From Minisyncoccota bacterium (lineage in GTDB: Bacteria; Patescibacteriota; Minisyncoccia; Phycocordibacterales; UBA9973), in contig DASWWS010000002.1 of assembly GCA_036405895.1 (NCBI GenBank), positions 124,029 through 188,028 on the forward strand: a stretch of DNA of 64,000 nt, read 5' to 3'. This document shows, in pieces, positions 52,628 through 61,656 of this stretch (positions are counted from its first letter, which is position 1; each line of letters opens with the position of its first letter). A model generated the notes under the pieces. It saw nothing but the letters and a program-made list of their open reading frames with translations, searched no databases and was not told the origin of the DNA. Position numbers and translations under genes: made by a program.

Positions 52628-54373
52628 CTATTCGCTGACAACTCGCAATACGTCATCAATGGTTGTTTTTCCTTGAGCAGCCTGGAAAATGCCATCTTCA
52701 AGCATTGTCATCATCCCCTCTTTTTTTGCTTGTGCTTCCACTTCGTCCGCGGTGCCATTGCGTAAAATAATTTCCTTGATTGTCGGCGTGATTTTCATTA
52801 CCTCATGAATGCCGATACGGCCCTTGTATCCGTCTTCGCTTTCTTCTGAGGCCTTTGGTTTATAAAAGGGAATCTTCTCCCATGGCATACCCTTTTCAAT
52901 TATGTGCTCAGCTTCCAAAAACTTTCTCATTCGATCAAGGTCAAGCGAGTGCCCGAGCGTTGAAACTTCCACTGCGGTAAGAAAATATGTTTCTTTAGCA
53001 GCAGTCAGACGGCGCACCAAGCGCTGTGCCAAAATGGCTTTTGCGGTCGAAACGATAAGAAACGGCTCAACGCCCATATCAATCAATCGAGGGATAGCGC
53101 CAGCGGCTGAGCTTGTGTGGATAGTGGAGAGCACCAAGTGCCCGGTAAGGGCCGCATTCACTGCCAAGTCTGCAGTTTCGCCATCGCGCACCTCTCCAAC
53201 CATGATGATGTTGGGGTCTTGTCGCAAAAGCGCACGCAAGCCGTTGGCAAAGGTCATACCGATGTCAGACTTTACTTGCGTTTGATTGATGCGCGGCATC
53301 TGATACTCGATCGGGTCTTCAACGGTTGAGATGTTTACCTCCGGCGTATTTAAAATATCGAGCAATGTATAGAGCGTAGTAGTTTTTCCGCTTCCAGTCG
53401 GCCCTGACGCCAAGATAATGCCTGAGTGCTGGCGAAGTGCTTCGTGGATTGCTTCGAGCCCGCTTCCATGAAAGCCTAAGCCTTCAAGCGTAAAGCCGTG
53501 CGTGCTTTCGCGCAAAATACGGACTACTGCCTTTTCGCCATAGTATGTTGGAATGGTCGAGACACGAAACGATACGGGCGTCTCATCAAGCACCATTTTA
53601 AAGCGCCCATCCTGCGGCAAGCGCTTCTCGTCGAGCTTAAGACTCGAGAGCACTTTGATTCGCGCCGTAATTGCCGGAGCTGCACCCTTTGGCAAAGTCA
53701 TTGCGTCATGAAGAATGCCATCGATACGGTAGCGGATTATCATTTCATTTTCTCCGGGCTCCATGTGGATGTCAGACGCGCCCTGCATGATAGCGTGCGA
53801 AATCAATGAGTCCACAATCTTGATTACCGGCAAGTCTTCAGCAAGGGCCTTGAGGTCTCCCACTGATGCGTCCGCATTCACTTGCGGAACATTCTTCAGC
53901 GACAATGCTTCAGTTTGAATAATAGAGTCGAACTCTGCTTGGAGGCTCTTTCGATACTGCTGGAGCACGGCTTTGATAGTTTCGGTATCTGTCAGGCGCG
54001 GCAAGATGCGGAGCTGCGTCTTTTTTTTGATAAAGTCGATAGCGGGCAAGTTATCGATGTCGAGCATTGCAACCTCCAAATCGCTTCCCGACTTTTTATA
54101 CGCAACAATATTGTAGCGGCGCGCGATTGATTCAGGAATCAGCGCAAGCGTGTCCGGGTCGAGACGCTCTTTTGTCAGCCCAATAAATGGAATACCCAAT
54201 ACATATGCCTCTAATCGCTTGATCTCGCTTTCTTTCACTTTTCCCGCATTCAAAAGGAAGTCTGAAAGCGACTGATCTTTATTTTCTCGAGCATCGTAGG
54301 ATTCAATGTCGGCAAGAGATGCGATATTTGCATCAAGTACAAGATTGCGGAGTTTTATTTGATCGATCACCAT
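52628..54373 (-). CDS. pilB: type IV pilus/T2SS assembly ATPase (GspE/PilB family)
   Basis: Walker A GPTGSGKTT, Asp box, Walker B, His box, N-terminal T2SSE_N domain, 581 aa. Confidence 0.95.
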   Translation of the reverse strand: MVIDQIKLRNLVLDANIASLADIESYDARENKDQSLSDFLLNAGKVKESEIKRLEAYVLGIPFIGLTKERLDPDTLALIPESIARRYNIVAYKKSGSDLEVAMLDIDNLPAIDFIKKKTQLRILPRLTDTETIKAVLQQYRKSLQAEFDSIIQTEALSLKNVPQVNADASVGDLKALAEDLPVIKIVDSLISHAIMQGASDIHMEPGENEMIIRYRIDGILHDAMTLPKGAAPAITARIKVLSSLKLDEKRLPQDGRFKMVLDETPVSFRVSTIPTYYGEKAVVRILRESTHGFTLEGLGFHGSGLEAIHEALRQHSGIILASGPTGSGKTTTLYTLLDILNTPEVNISTVEDPIEYQMPRINQTQVKSDIGMTFANGLRALLRQDPNIIMVGEVRDGETADLAVNAALTGHLVLSTIHTSSAAGAIPRLIDMGVEPFLIVSTAKAILAQRLVRRLTAAKETYFLTAVEVSTLGHSLDLDRMRKFLEAEHIIEKGMPWEKIPFYKPKASEESEDGYKGRIGIHEVMKITPTIKEIILRNGTADEVEAQAKKEGMMTMLEDGIFQAAQGKTTIDDVLRVVSE

Positions 54374-54470
54374 TGCTTGTAGTATAGCAACAACACTGCA
54401 AGTATGCGCAATAAAAAAACCACTTCCGTGTTGAAAGTGGTTTTTTTATTTTTTCTACAATGCCCGCAAA

Positions 54471-55667
54471 TTATGGATTAAGAGTAATGTCGATAATAGT
54501 GGCACTTCTGTCGATATAGTAGTCAAAATTTGCTTTTATACCTCCAAAAAGTCCTCCACGCCATGACATACCGTACAAGTATGCATAGAGGTCAACTGTG
54601 TCTCCCGGCTGAAGTACTATCGTTTTTTCAAAGCTGAAATTATACGGAACATCTCCAAATGACTTCCATTTATTCACCTGACTCAAAGAATATTGTGCGT
54701 AGAAATAATTATCCACTGGAACATCTTCGCCTGGTTGGTTGTTCCAGATATCGTAAAATCCTGATCCTACTGGAGCGAGAGGGTAATGGTCATTGTTGAT
54801 TTTTACAAAGAAATTTGTATTTCCAAATGCTATCGCACTGTTATACCTATTCTTAAGCCCCATAGAACCTCTTGCACTGATTTTGATCGAGTATGTTCCT
54901 GCCTCTTGAACTGTTAAGAGACGTCCCTTGTCGAGAGCAAACTCTGTTTTACTGATACCAGGAAGAGTATCAATAATAACACCCTCAGGCCTACTGTTAT
55001 CAATACCTATTTTGCCAATATAAGGAACAGTAACAAATTTCTGTGTCCATGCATGGTTAGGGCTTGGTCCATCTATTTCAACCCACTGTCGAAGAGTAGG
55101 GAAGGTAAAATCTTGACGCTTATATGATGGAGCTACTGAATAGAAACGCTTGAGAGTAGGGGCGTTACAAGTGCCGTCTGAAGAACGGGTATGACCCTGC
55201 GGGATAGTATACTGGTGCCCAGAAATGTTTGAACACAAGTCATCAGTACACAAACCAATAACTCCGCTACCATCCGCACATAATCGCGAGTTATCCGGAT
55301 TGGCGACAAATTGATTTTGTATATAATCTGCTGCTGCAAGATTACCACTGATAGCCGCATCGGTCACAGTACTCATAGGAACACTACCGAGCTGAAGGGT
55401 GCTTGTAGTATCAAGAGGGGTTCCTCCTCGTACTGTCCCCCGAAGCGAAAGGTCTTGCTCGAATGAAGCGTTTTGCGAAACAATAAAATTATTAACAGAG
55501 AGTCCTCCTGTCTTTATTTGAGCTGGGCCCACATGGATTGGTATACCCGTATTGCTTCCATAGGGAATGCTTGCGGGTGCTGTCCACTGAGCAAGAGTAC
55601 TTGCAGCAAATGCGAGCGTTAGACCGAAAGCGATATATTTAAGGTTGGTGAGGAGTGTTTTTTTCAT
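54471..55667 (-). CDS. secreted protein P1, unknown family (shared N-terminal module plus unique C-terminal beta domain)
   Basis: Sec signal MKKTLLTNLKYIAFG (DNA-identical to P2). QIKTGGLSV...RGG.P module, LCADGSGVIGLC knot, LCSNISGHQYTIPQGH repeat. Confidence 0.75.
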   Translation of the reverse strand: MKKTLLTNLKYIAFGLTLAFAASTLAQWTAPASIPYGSNTGIPIHVGPAQIKTGGLSVNNFIVSQNASFEQDLSLRGTVRGGTPLDTTSTLQLGSVPMSTVTDAAISGNLAAADYIQNQFVANPDNSRLCADGSGVIGLCTDDLCSNISGHQYTIPQGHTRSSDGTCNAPTLKRFYSVAPSYKRQDFTFPTLRQWVEIDGPSPNHAWTQKFVTVPYIGKIGIDNSRPEGVIIDTLPGISKTEFALDKGRLLTVQEAGTYSIKISARGSMGLKNRYNSAIAFGNTNFFVKINNDHYPLAPVGSGFYDIWNNQPGEDVPVDNYFYAQYSLSQVNKWKSFGDVPYNFSFEKTIVLQPGDTVDLYAYLYGMSWRGGLFGGIKANFDYYIDRSATIIDITLNP

Positions 55668-55671
55668 ATAA

Positions 55672-56445
55672 TTAACAGTTCAATTCAATAATGTAAGCAT
55701 CTCCTGGATTAAGATAAAAGTCTGTTGCACCACCTGGCAAAGGAACAGGAGACCATCCTGGCAAGCAACTAATGTCAGACGAGGTGATGTTATAGCTGCC
55801 CGGGTCCACTTGATATACATCCGACATACCCATATTGGTTCCTAACGGTAATTCGATAGTATACATATTCGCATTATCACTGTTGCGAATAACTACATTA
55901 GTTCCAACCTGCATTGATCCGTTAACATACAGTCTCACAACCGTTTCAACAGTAGCAACAGGAGGGGGCGGAGGAGGTATTACGGTTACAGTTGAATCAC
56001 ATAATACAAGTGTTCCCGATTCATCAGCGCAAACACCCGCATTTATAGGGTTGGCTAGTTGAGCGCTTTGTACTGTATATACAGTGTTGGCGACTCCCCC
56101 AGAAATAGCAACATGCGCCATTGCGCCATCTGCACCAAATTCCACCGTTCCCCGCTGCTCAGTAGGATTACCCCCTCGAAGTGCTCCAGTAAAAAATGAT
56201 TGACCATCAATCTGTGCGTCTGCCATCGCCATAAACCATCCACCCAAGGAAAGTGAACCCTCCTTGATCTGGTCAGCACTACCGCTCGTAATTACAGTCG
56301 GCGCATTATTGTTAGGGAACGAAGCGCTTGGTCCTGTATAAGAATTGGAAGGTGTCCCCCAACTTGCGTGGGCATAGCTTGCAAGTGTCGCCAAAACAAT
56401 GCCGAAAGCGATATATTTAAGGTTGGTGAGGAGTGTTTTTTTCAT
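55672..56445 (-). CDS. secreted protein P2, paralog of P1 (N-terminus) and P3 (C-terminus)
   Basis: Same signal as P1. VCADESGTLVLC, poly-Pro linker, and a C-terminal domain ...GTNVVIRNS.NANMY.IELP...SSDISCLP.WSPVPLPG...LNC shared with P3. Confidence 0.75.
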   Translation of the reverse strand: MKKTLLTNLKYIAFGIVLATLASYAHASWGTPSNSYTGPSASFPNNNAPTVITSGSADQIKEGSLSLGGWFMAMADAQIDGQSFFTGALRGGNPTEQRGTVEFGADGAMAHVAISGGVANTVYTVQSAQLANPINAGVCADESGTLVLCDSTVTVIPPPPPPVATVETVVRLYVNGSMQVGTNVVIRNSDNANMYTIELPLGTNMGMSDVYQVDPGSYNITSSDISCLPGWSPVPLPGGATDFYLNPGDAYIIELNC

Positions 56446-56449
56446 ATAA

Positions 56450-57187
56450 TTAACAGTTCAAGGTAATAATAACGTGCTCTCCTTCATTAAGGACAAAGTC
56501 TGTTGCAGCACCGGGCAAAGGAACAGGAGACCATGTCGGCAAGCAACTAATGTCAGACGAGGTGATGTTATAGCTGCCCGGGTCGACACGATATGGATTT
56601 GACATACCCATATTGCTTCCTATTGGAAGCTCGATGTTGTACATATTCGCATTATTACTGTTGCGAATAACTACATTAGTTCCCACCTGGTTTGTATTGT
56701 CGACATAAAGACTGACTTGGCCATATGGAGTTTGAGAGGGTGGTGGTACTGCCGGAGGTTGGGGCGCCTGATCTCCGCAAAGAAAGAATGTTCCGTCTTG
56801 ATTTGCGCATACCGGCTTTTTTCCTCCCCCTGAAGCGAGCGAGTTTGATTGTATTGTCCCTTTTGTACTGATAGAACCGTTGATCAGTGCGTTTACTTTA
56901 TAACTTGAGTCTCCAACAGCAACAGTACTAGTGCCGTTTCCTTGTATGTTACCCCCCGTTATCACTCCTTTAACAAAAGTGTCCTGACTGAAAAGTGCGC
57001 TTCCGCGACCATAAAATGTCCCAACAGAAAGTCCTCCTGTCTTATCTTGATTAATTGCCGTGATATTAAGCGGTGCGTCAGTATTTGCACCAAATGCACC
57101 AGTTGTCGGAGGGGTATATGCAGAAACCACTCCTGCAACACCGAGCAAGATTCCAAGTGCAATAAGGCGATAGTAGGTGGTTTTCAT
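56450..57187 (-). CDS. secreted protein P3, paralog of P2
   Basis: Signal MKTTYYRLIALGILLGVAGVVSA (start at ATG 57187). DKTGGLSV module, VCANQDGTFFLC. The C-terminal domain is nearly identical to P2 over about 85 aa. Confidence 0.75.
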   Translation of the reverse strand: MKTTYYRLIALGILLGVAGVVSAYTPPTTGAFGANTDAPLNITAINQDKTGGLSVGTFYGRGSALFSQDTFVKGVITGGNIQGNGTSTVAVGDSSYKVNALINGSISTKGTIQSNSLASGGGKKPVCANQDGTFFLCGDQAPQPPAVPPPSQTPYGQVSLYVDNTNQVGTNVVIRNSNNANMYNIELPIGSNMGMSNPYRVDPGSYNITSSDISCLPTWSPVPLPGAATDFVLNEGEHVIITLNC

Positions 57188-57188
57188 A

Positions 57189-57521
57189 TTACTGGTTAAA
57201 ACTGTTAAGCATTTGTAATCGATCACTTGAAGTTGTCGTTGTCGGCGTAGAAGTAGATCCAAGAAGTTGTCCTTGTGCATACGTGTTCTGTACGTCTTCA
57301 TTTACGGGAAGAGAAGATTCTCTCAACCGCTCGAGGACACCTTCCGGGGTCTTCTCTTTTTGCTTTGCAATAAAATACCATACCCCCAAAAGAATCAACA
57401 CAATAACCAAAATAATAGCAATCATGGTGCGCTGTTTTTTCTGGTCGTAATCACTGGGAACACCGTGCTCTTCAAGAACGCGAGGGTTATAGTTATTGTT
57501 TTGTGCAACAGATGTGGGCAT
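57189..57521 (-). CDS. single-pass membrane protein
   Basis: Central TM helix IAIILVIVLILLGVWYFI and a Thr-rich tail. Its stop abuts the P3 start. Confidence 0.6.
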   Translation of the reverse strand: MPTSVAQNNNYNPRVLEEHGVPSDYDQKKQRTMIAIILVIVLILLGVWYFIAKQKEKTPEGVLERLRESSLPVNEDVQNTYAQGQLLGSTSTPTTTTSSDRLQMLNSFNQ

Positions 57522-57534
57522 GATGATAAATATA

Positions 57535-59019
57535 CTAGAATTCTATGAATATTGGCTTCTTTTTCTCGATTGCAACTGTAGCCGCCGCTTCGCTTCCACA
57601 TTGTACCGTGACAGAGGTTATTGCGGGAGGAACTATAATGTCGCTCATTATGCTCCATATACCACTGTTGCCTTGCTGCACCAGGTTTACAGTACGAGTG
57701 CTCGCACCCCATGTAATATTACAACTTGCGCCTGCACCGATGCGAGAAATGATAATTCGCTGTCGACTTCCTGGGGTGGTACCAACCGGACAAGCAGAGA
57801 GGCCGCCAGCCGGAATAGGAGAACCATCAGGACAGTATGGATCATGGGCAACTCCATCACATCCCGTACAATTTGGACCAGGATCAGGAAGAACAGTAAT
57901 GGTTGTTTTTACACACATTCCTCCTTCGAGAATATAGCCGGTAGGAATCGTCTGTTGTGCACCGTCGATATTAGGACACATATCGTCTTGAACACAATTA
58001 GCACCTGATGCCGTGTATCCGTACGGGATGGTTGTCTGCGTACCGTCTATGTTTGCACACATATCAGGCGGTGTTATTTCACAACTAAAGCTTGTACTCA
58101 CCGCATCTGAGAAAAATGGTGCAGTTGCAGGACTTCGGGAGTGCGCCCATGCACCATAGCTCGCTCCTGGAATGCCGGCGGTAGTATAGCTCGTTGCGGC
58201 CCCTTCCCAACAGCTGTCTCCTGGATTATTACAAGGACCTGCACCTTCTTCCCATCCGTTTGCAAGATTATTAACACGGAAACTGTACCAATCGGCACCC
58301 GATACTGGAGCAACTGTTACAGTAATTTGATCTCCTGGAGCTGGACATGATGCAGTAATAGCAGGCACCGGAGGGCGGCACTGGAATGAAGGGTCAACAG
58401 TGGGCGCTCCCTGTGACCACACAGTCCCAGCCGGACAAGAGACACTTCCTACAGATCCATTCACACTTGTCCACCCTATCACTTCAGACCCCCATAGAGA
58501 GCCAGTGAGTGTGCGTGTCCCACCACTATCGGGCCCCAGTGTAAGGCCGTACCCGCTTCCCGAAAGGGAAAGAAAGCCATCCCAGTCTCCCAAATAAGCA
58601 TTATTTGCCAAGGCACCACTACACCCTGAAGCAAAAACAGAACAAGCGCGAGCCCATCCTTTTATTCCATATGATCCGTCAGGACCTGGATATGCCAAGT
58701 CTACATAGGCGCCTTGCGTGCAGCCACTCGTCGGACATCCAGCCGGAGAAAAAGTGATCCATCCGATATTTGAAGACCACGCGGTCCCTGAAATAGCTCC
58801 ACTTGCCGGATCAACAGAAACGCCATAGTCAGAACCGGTACAGGAGGAGGTATTGGTTGGGTCAGTACAGTTATTGAGCGATATCCACCCGATATTTGAA
58901 GACCACATATTCCCACTTGCATTGCTATTGGTACCAGCGCGCAATGATGATGCAGCAAAGAGCGCAAGAGTGGTCATAGTGGCGAGAGCGATGAGAAGTA
59001 CTTTGGTGCGAGTCTTCAT
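57535..59019 (-). CDS. secreted Cys-rich repeat protein P4 (WSSNIGWI repeats and C-x-N-I-D-G-x-Q-x-T-I-P-x-G-Y repeats)
   Basis: Signal MKTRTKVLLIALATMTTLALFAA (start at ATG 59019). Promoter TTGCAC-18-TATACT. Repeats MWSSNIGWISL, AWSSNIGWITF, DMCANIDGTQTTIPYGY, DMCPNIDGAQQTIPTGY. Confidence 0.75.
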   Translation of the reverse strand: MKTRTKVLLIALATMTTLALFAASSLRAGTNSNASGNMWSSNIGWISLNNCTDPTNTSSCTGSDYGVSVDPASGAISGTAWSSNIGWITFSPAGCPTSGCTQGAYVDLAYPGPDGSYGIKGWARACSVFASGCSGALANNAYLGDWDGFLSLSGSGYGLTLGPDSGGTRTLTGSLWGSEVIGWTSVNGSVGSVSCPAGTVWSQGAPTVDPSFQCRPPVPAITASCPAPGDQITVTVAPVSGADWYSFRVNNLANGWEEGAGPCNNPGDSCWEGAATSYTTAGIPGASYGAWAHSRSPATAPFFSDAVSTSFSCEITPPDMCANIDGTQTTIPYGYTASGANCVQDDMCPNIDGAQQTIPTGYILEGGMCVKTTITVLPDPGPNCTGCDGVAHDPYCPDGSPIPAGGLSACPVGTTPGSRQRIIISRIGAGASCNITWGASTRTVNLVQQGNSGIWSIMSDIIVPPAITSVTVQCGSEAAATVAIEKKKPIFIEF

Positions 59020-59208
59020 GAATACATAGAGTATAGTGCACATACGACAACACGTGCAAGCGTTGTAAAGAAAATGTGTGGATAAAAAGTTTTTCTCCTC
59101 TGTCTTGCGTCCTGTAGCGAGTATGCTATACATATATATGTACATGTCCCGGGCACACCTATGGGGCATTTTTAGTAAATTAGTAGGACAAAATAATAAC
59201 AATCACAT

Positions 59209-60501
59209 ATGTTAGACATCAAAGCATTAAAATTAGCACTCGAACAATTGGAAACTGAACGCCGCATCGGCCGCGACAAGCTCGTCGATGCGATCGAGCA
59301 GTCACTCGCAGCAGCGTATAAGAAAGAATACGGCAAAAAGGGCCAGGTCATCCGCGCGATGATCGACCTTGATGCAGGCGCTGTTTCATTTGAACAAGTA
59401 AAGACCGTTGTTGACGACACGCTCGTGCGCTTTTTGGCAGAAGACGAGGAGATTGCAGAAGACGATACAGATCTTCGCGAGCGCTTCAACGAAGAGAAGC
59501 ATATTCTTCTCGACGACGCCCAGATGATTAAAGCTGGCGCCACTATCGGCGACGAGCTAGTATTCACTCTCGAACCAAAAGACGATTTTGGCCGCATTGC
59601 TGCACAAACTGCAAAGCAAGTCATCATGCAGCGCATCCGCGAAGCGGAACGCACCAGCATCATGGAAGAGTTCGGCGGAAAAGAAGGCGATATTATCTCA
59701 GGCTACATTCAAAAAGTTGACCGAGGAAGCGTATTCGTGGACTTCAACCGCGCAACAGGCATTATCCCGATTAGCGAGCAGATTCCCGGCGAGCGCTACG
59801 TTCGCGGTGCCCGCATTCGAGCATACCTCTACCATGTCGAAGACACTCCTCGCGGAATCACCCTTCGCCTCTCCCGCACTCATCCAAAATTCCTCGAAAA
59901 GCTCTTTGCGCTTGAAAGCCCAGAAGTTGCAAGCGGCGTAGTTGAAATCAAAGCAATTGCTCGCGAACCAGGAAGTCGTTCGAAAATTGCTGTATGGACA
60001 GACGACGCAAACATTGACCCAGTTGGTTCATGTGTAGGCCAGAAAGGTGTGCGCGTTTCAACTGTAATGAACGAGCTCGGGGGTGAAAAAATCGATATCA
60101 TCGAATGGTCTCCTGAGACTGCAGAGTTCGTGCAGAAGTCTCTCTCACCTGCGAGAGTACTCGACCTTGAGCTCAACGATGAAGAACACAAAGTAAGCGT
60201 TGAAGTTACTCCCGACCAACTCTCTCTTGCAATCGGTAAGGGTGGACAAAACGTGCGCCTTGCAGCAAAGCTCACTGGCTGGAAAATCGACATCAAGGGC
60301 TCTGAAGCAGAGGTAACCGAAGAGAGTGAAAGCACAGAGGGCGACGACTTTGTTTCACTCAAAGATCTCGCCGTGTCTGACACGGCAACAGAAGAATCTT
60401 CTGAAGAAGTTGCAGAAGAAACTGTAACAGAAGCTGAACCAGTTGCAGAAGAAACAACTGAAAAAGTTGCTGACGAAGTATCAGAAGAAGAATCAAAATA
60501 A
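59209..60501 (+). CDS. nusA: transcription termination/antitermination factor NusA with acidic C-terminal tail
   Basis: N-terminal domain, S1, two KH domains (GKGGQNVRLA), 430 aa. Confidence 0.95.
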   Translation: MLDIKALKLALEQLETERRIGRDKLVDAIEQSLAAAYKKEYGKKGQVIRAMIDLDAGAVSFEQVKTVVDDTLVRFLAEDEEIAEDDTDLRERFNEEKHILLDDAQMIKAGATIGDELVFTLEPKDDFGRIAAQTAKQVIMQRIREAERTSIMEEFGGKEGDIISGYIQKVDRGSVFVDFNRATGIIPISEQIPGERYVRGARIRAYLYHVEDTPRGITLRLSRTHPKFLEKLFALESPEVASGVVEIKAIAREPGSRSKIAVWTDDANIDPVGSCVGQKGVRVSTVMNELGGEKIDIIEWSPETAEFVQKSLSPARVLDLELNDEEHKVSVEVTPDQLSLAIGKGGQNVRLAAKLTGWKIDIKGSEAEVTEESESTEGDDFVSLKDLAVSDTATEESSEEVAEETVTEAEPVAEETTEKVADEVSEEESK

Positions 60502-60505
60502 TTCT

Positions 60506-61036
60506 ATGAATCTCCTTCACGAAATTACTGCAGGAAACAATGTGCCCGACATCATCAATGTCATCATTGAAATTCCAAAAGGTTCAAAAAATAAATACGA
60601 AATCGACAAGGAAACCGGCCTCATCATGCTCGACCGTGCAATGCACACGAGCCAAGACTATCCTTTCGACTACGGCTTCATGCCGCAAAGCCACTGGGAA
60701 GACGGCGACCCATTGGATGTTGTAGTCCTCACCACCTATCCGCTCGCGCCCGGCATCTTGGTAAAGGTTCGCCCAGTCGGGATTGTAAACATGATCGACG
60801 ACGGCGACTCTGATGCGAAGATCATCGCAGTGCCTGACAAGGATCCTCGATTCGACCATGTACAAGACCTCTCTGACGTAAACAAGCACACCATCAAAGA
60901 GATCGAGCATTTTTTTCTGACGTACAAACAAATTCAGAAGAAAGACGTTTCGATTGATGGAATCGGGAACAAGGCAGACGCTCAAGCTGCAATCCTCAAA
61001 AGCCAAGAACTCTACAAAGAAAAGTTTCAGAAATAA
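60506..61036 (+). CDS. ppa: inorganic pyrophosphatase (family I)
   Basis: IEIPKGSKNKYE...DGDPLDVVVL...DDGDSDAKIIAV. Start at ATG 60506. Confidence 0.95.
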   Translation: MNLLHEITAGNNVPDIINVIIEIPKGSKNKYEIDKETGLIMLDRAMHTSQDYPFDYGFMPQSHWEDGDPLDVVVLTTYPLAPGILVKVRPVGIVNMIDDGDSDAKIIAVPDKDPRFDHVQDLSDVNKHTIKEIEHFFLTYKQIQKKDVSIDGIGNKADAQAAILKSQELYKEKFQK

Positions 61037-61060
61037 TCAAACCAATAGGTTTATACAAAA

Positions 61061-61085
61061 ACGAGCAAGGACGGTCCTTGCTCGT
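61061..61085. terminator. GGAC-N-GTCC family palindromic terminator
   Basis: ACGAGCAAGGACGGTCCTTGCTCGT flanked by AAAA and TTTTT. Confidence 0.8.
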
Positions 61086-61171
61086 TTTTGTATTACATAA
61101 GAAATCCCAGCAAAAGCAAGTAATACCCTTCCCTTTCGGTCGTCTCTATGCTATAAATACCTATATATAGT

Positions 61172-61630
61172 ATGAAATACCTTATTACTACATTCGCCCT
61201 TGTTATCGGCCTCATGGCACCAACGGTAACACTTGCACAAACAACCCAACCGGCTCCTGCCCCAACCCTTTTTGACGTTAATGCAAATGCGCCCCTTTCA
61301 GCGCGCAAGGTCTATGTTGAGACCAATCTCCGCGACCTTTTGACACAGCTAAGCGATATCCGCTTTCGCGTCCAGACAGCGAGCAATCGCCTTGCCCAAA
61401 ACGGCATTAACGTAAACGCATCGAATACAAGTCTCAATCTTGCGCACGCAGCGCTATTGACTGCACAAACAAATCTCGACATTTTTGCACAAACCCCTAT
61501 TGATGAAAGCCCTGCTACCGTTGCAACCCTTCGCGCACGTGCAAAGGCTGCTGAAGACTCCCTTAAAACAGCGCGCGCAAGCCTTATTGAAAGCATTGCA
61601 ACGCTCAAGCTTACGCTCAGCTCACAATAG
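61172..61630 (+). CDS. secreted helical protein, unknown function
   Basis: Sec signal ...APTVTLAQ followed by Ala/Leu-rich helices. Confidence 0.6.
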   Translation: MKYLITTFALVIGLMAPTVTLAQTTQPAPAPTLFDVNANAPLSARKVYVETNLRDLLTQLSDIRFRVQTASNRLAQNGINVNASNTSLNLAHAALLTAQTNLDIFAQTPIDESPATVATLRARAKAAEDSLKTARASLIESIATLKLTLSSQ

Positions 61631-61656
61631 CCAATACTGGGGTATACTAAGAGTAT

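Noticed and set aside
55675-56720. P2/P3 near-identical C-terminal regions as a diversity-generating retroelement template/variable repeat pair
   Set aside because: Mismatches between the copies are of all substitution types rather than adenine-specific. Both copies are in-frame coding ends, and no reverse transcriptase is in the window. Ordinary paralogy or gene conversion fits better.
59172-60383. Minus-strand ORFs 59172..59663 and 59880..60383 antisense to nusA
   Set aside because: The translations are Ser-rich and low-complexity, they lie fully inside nusA, and there are no expression signals.
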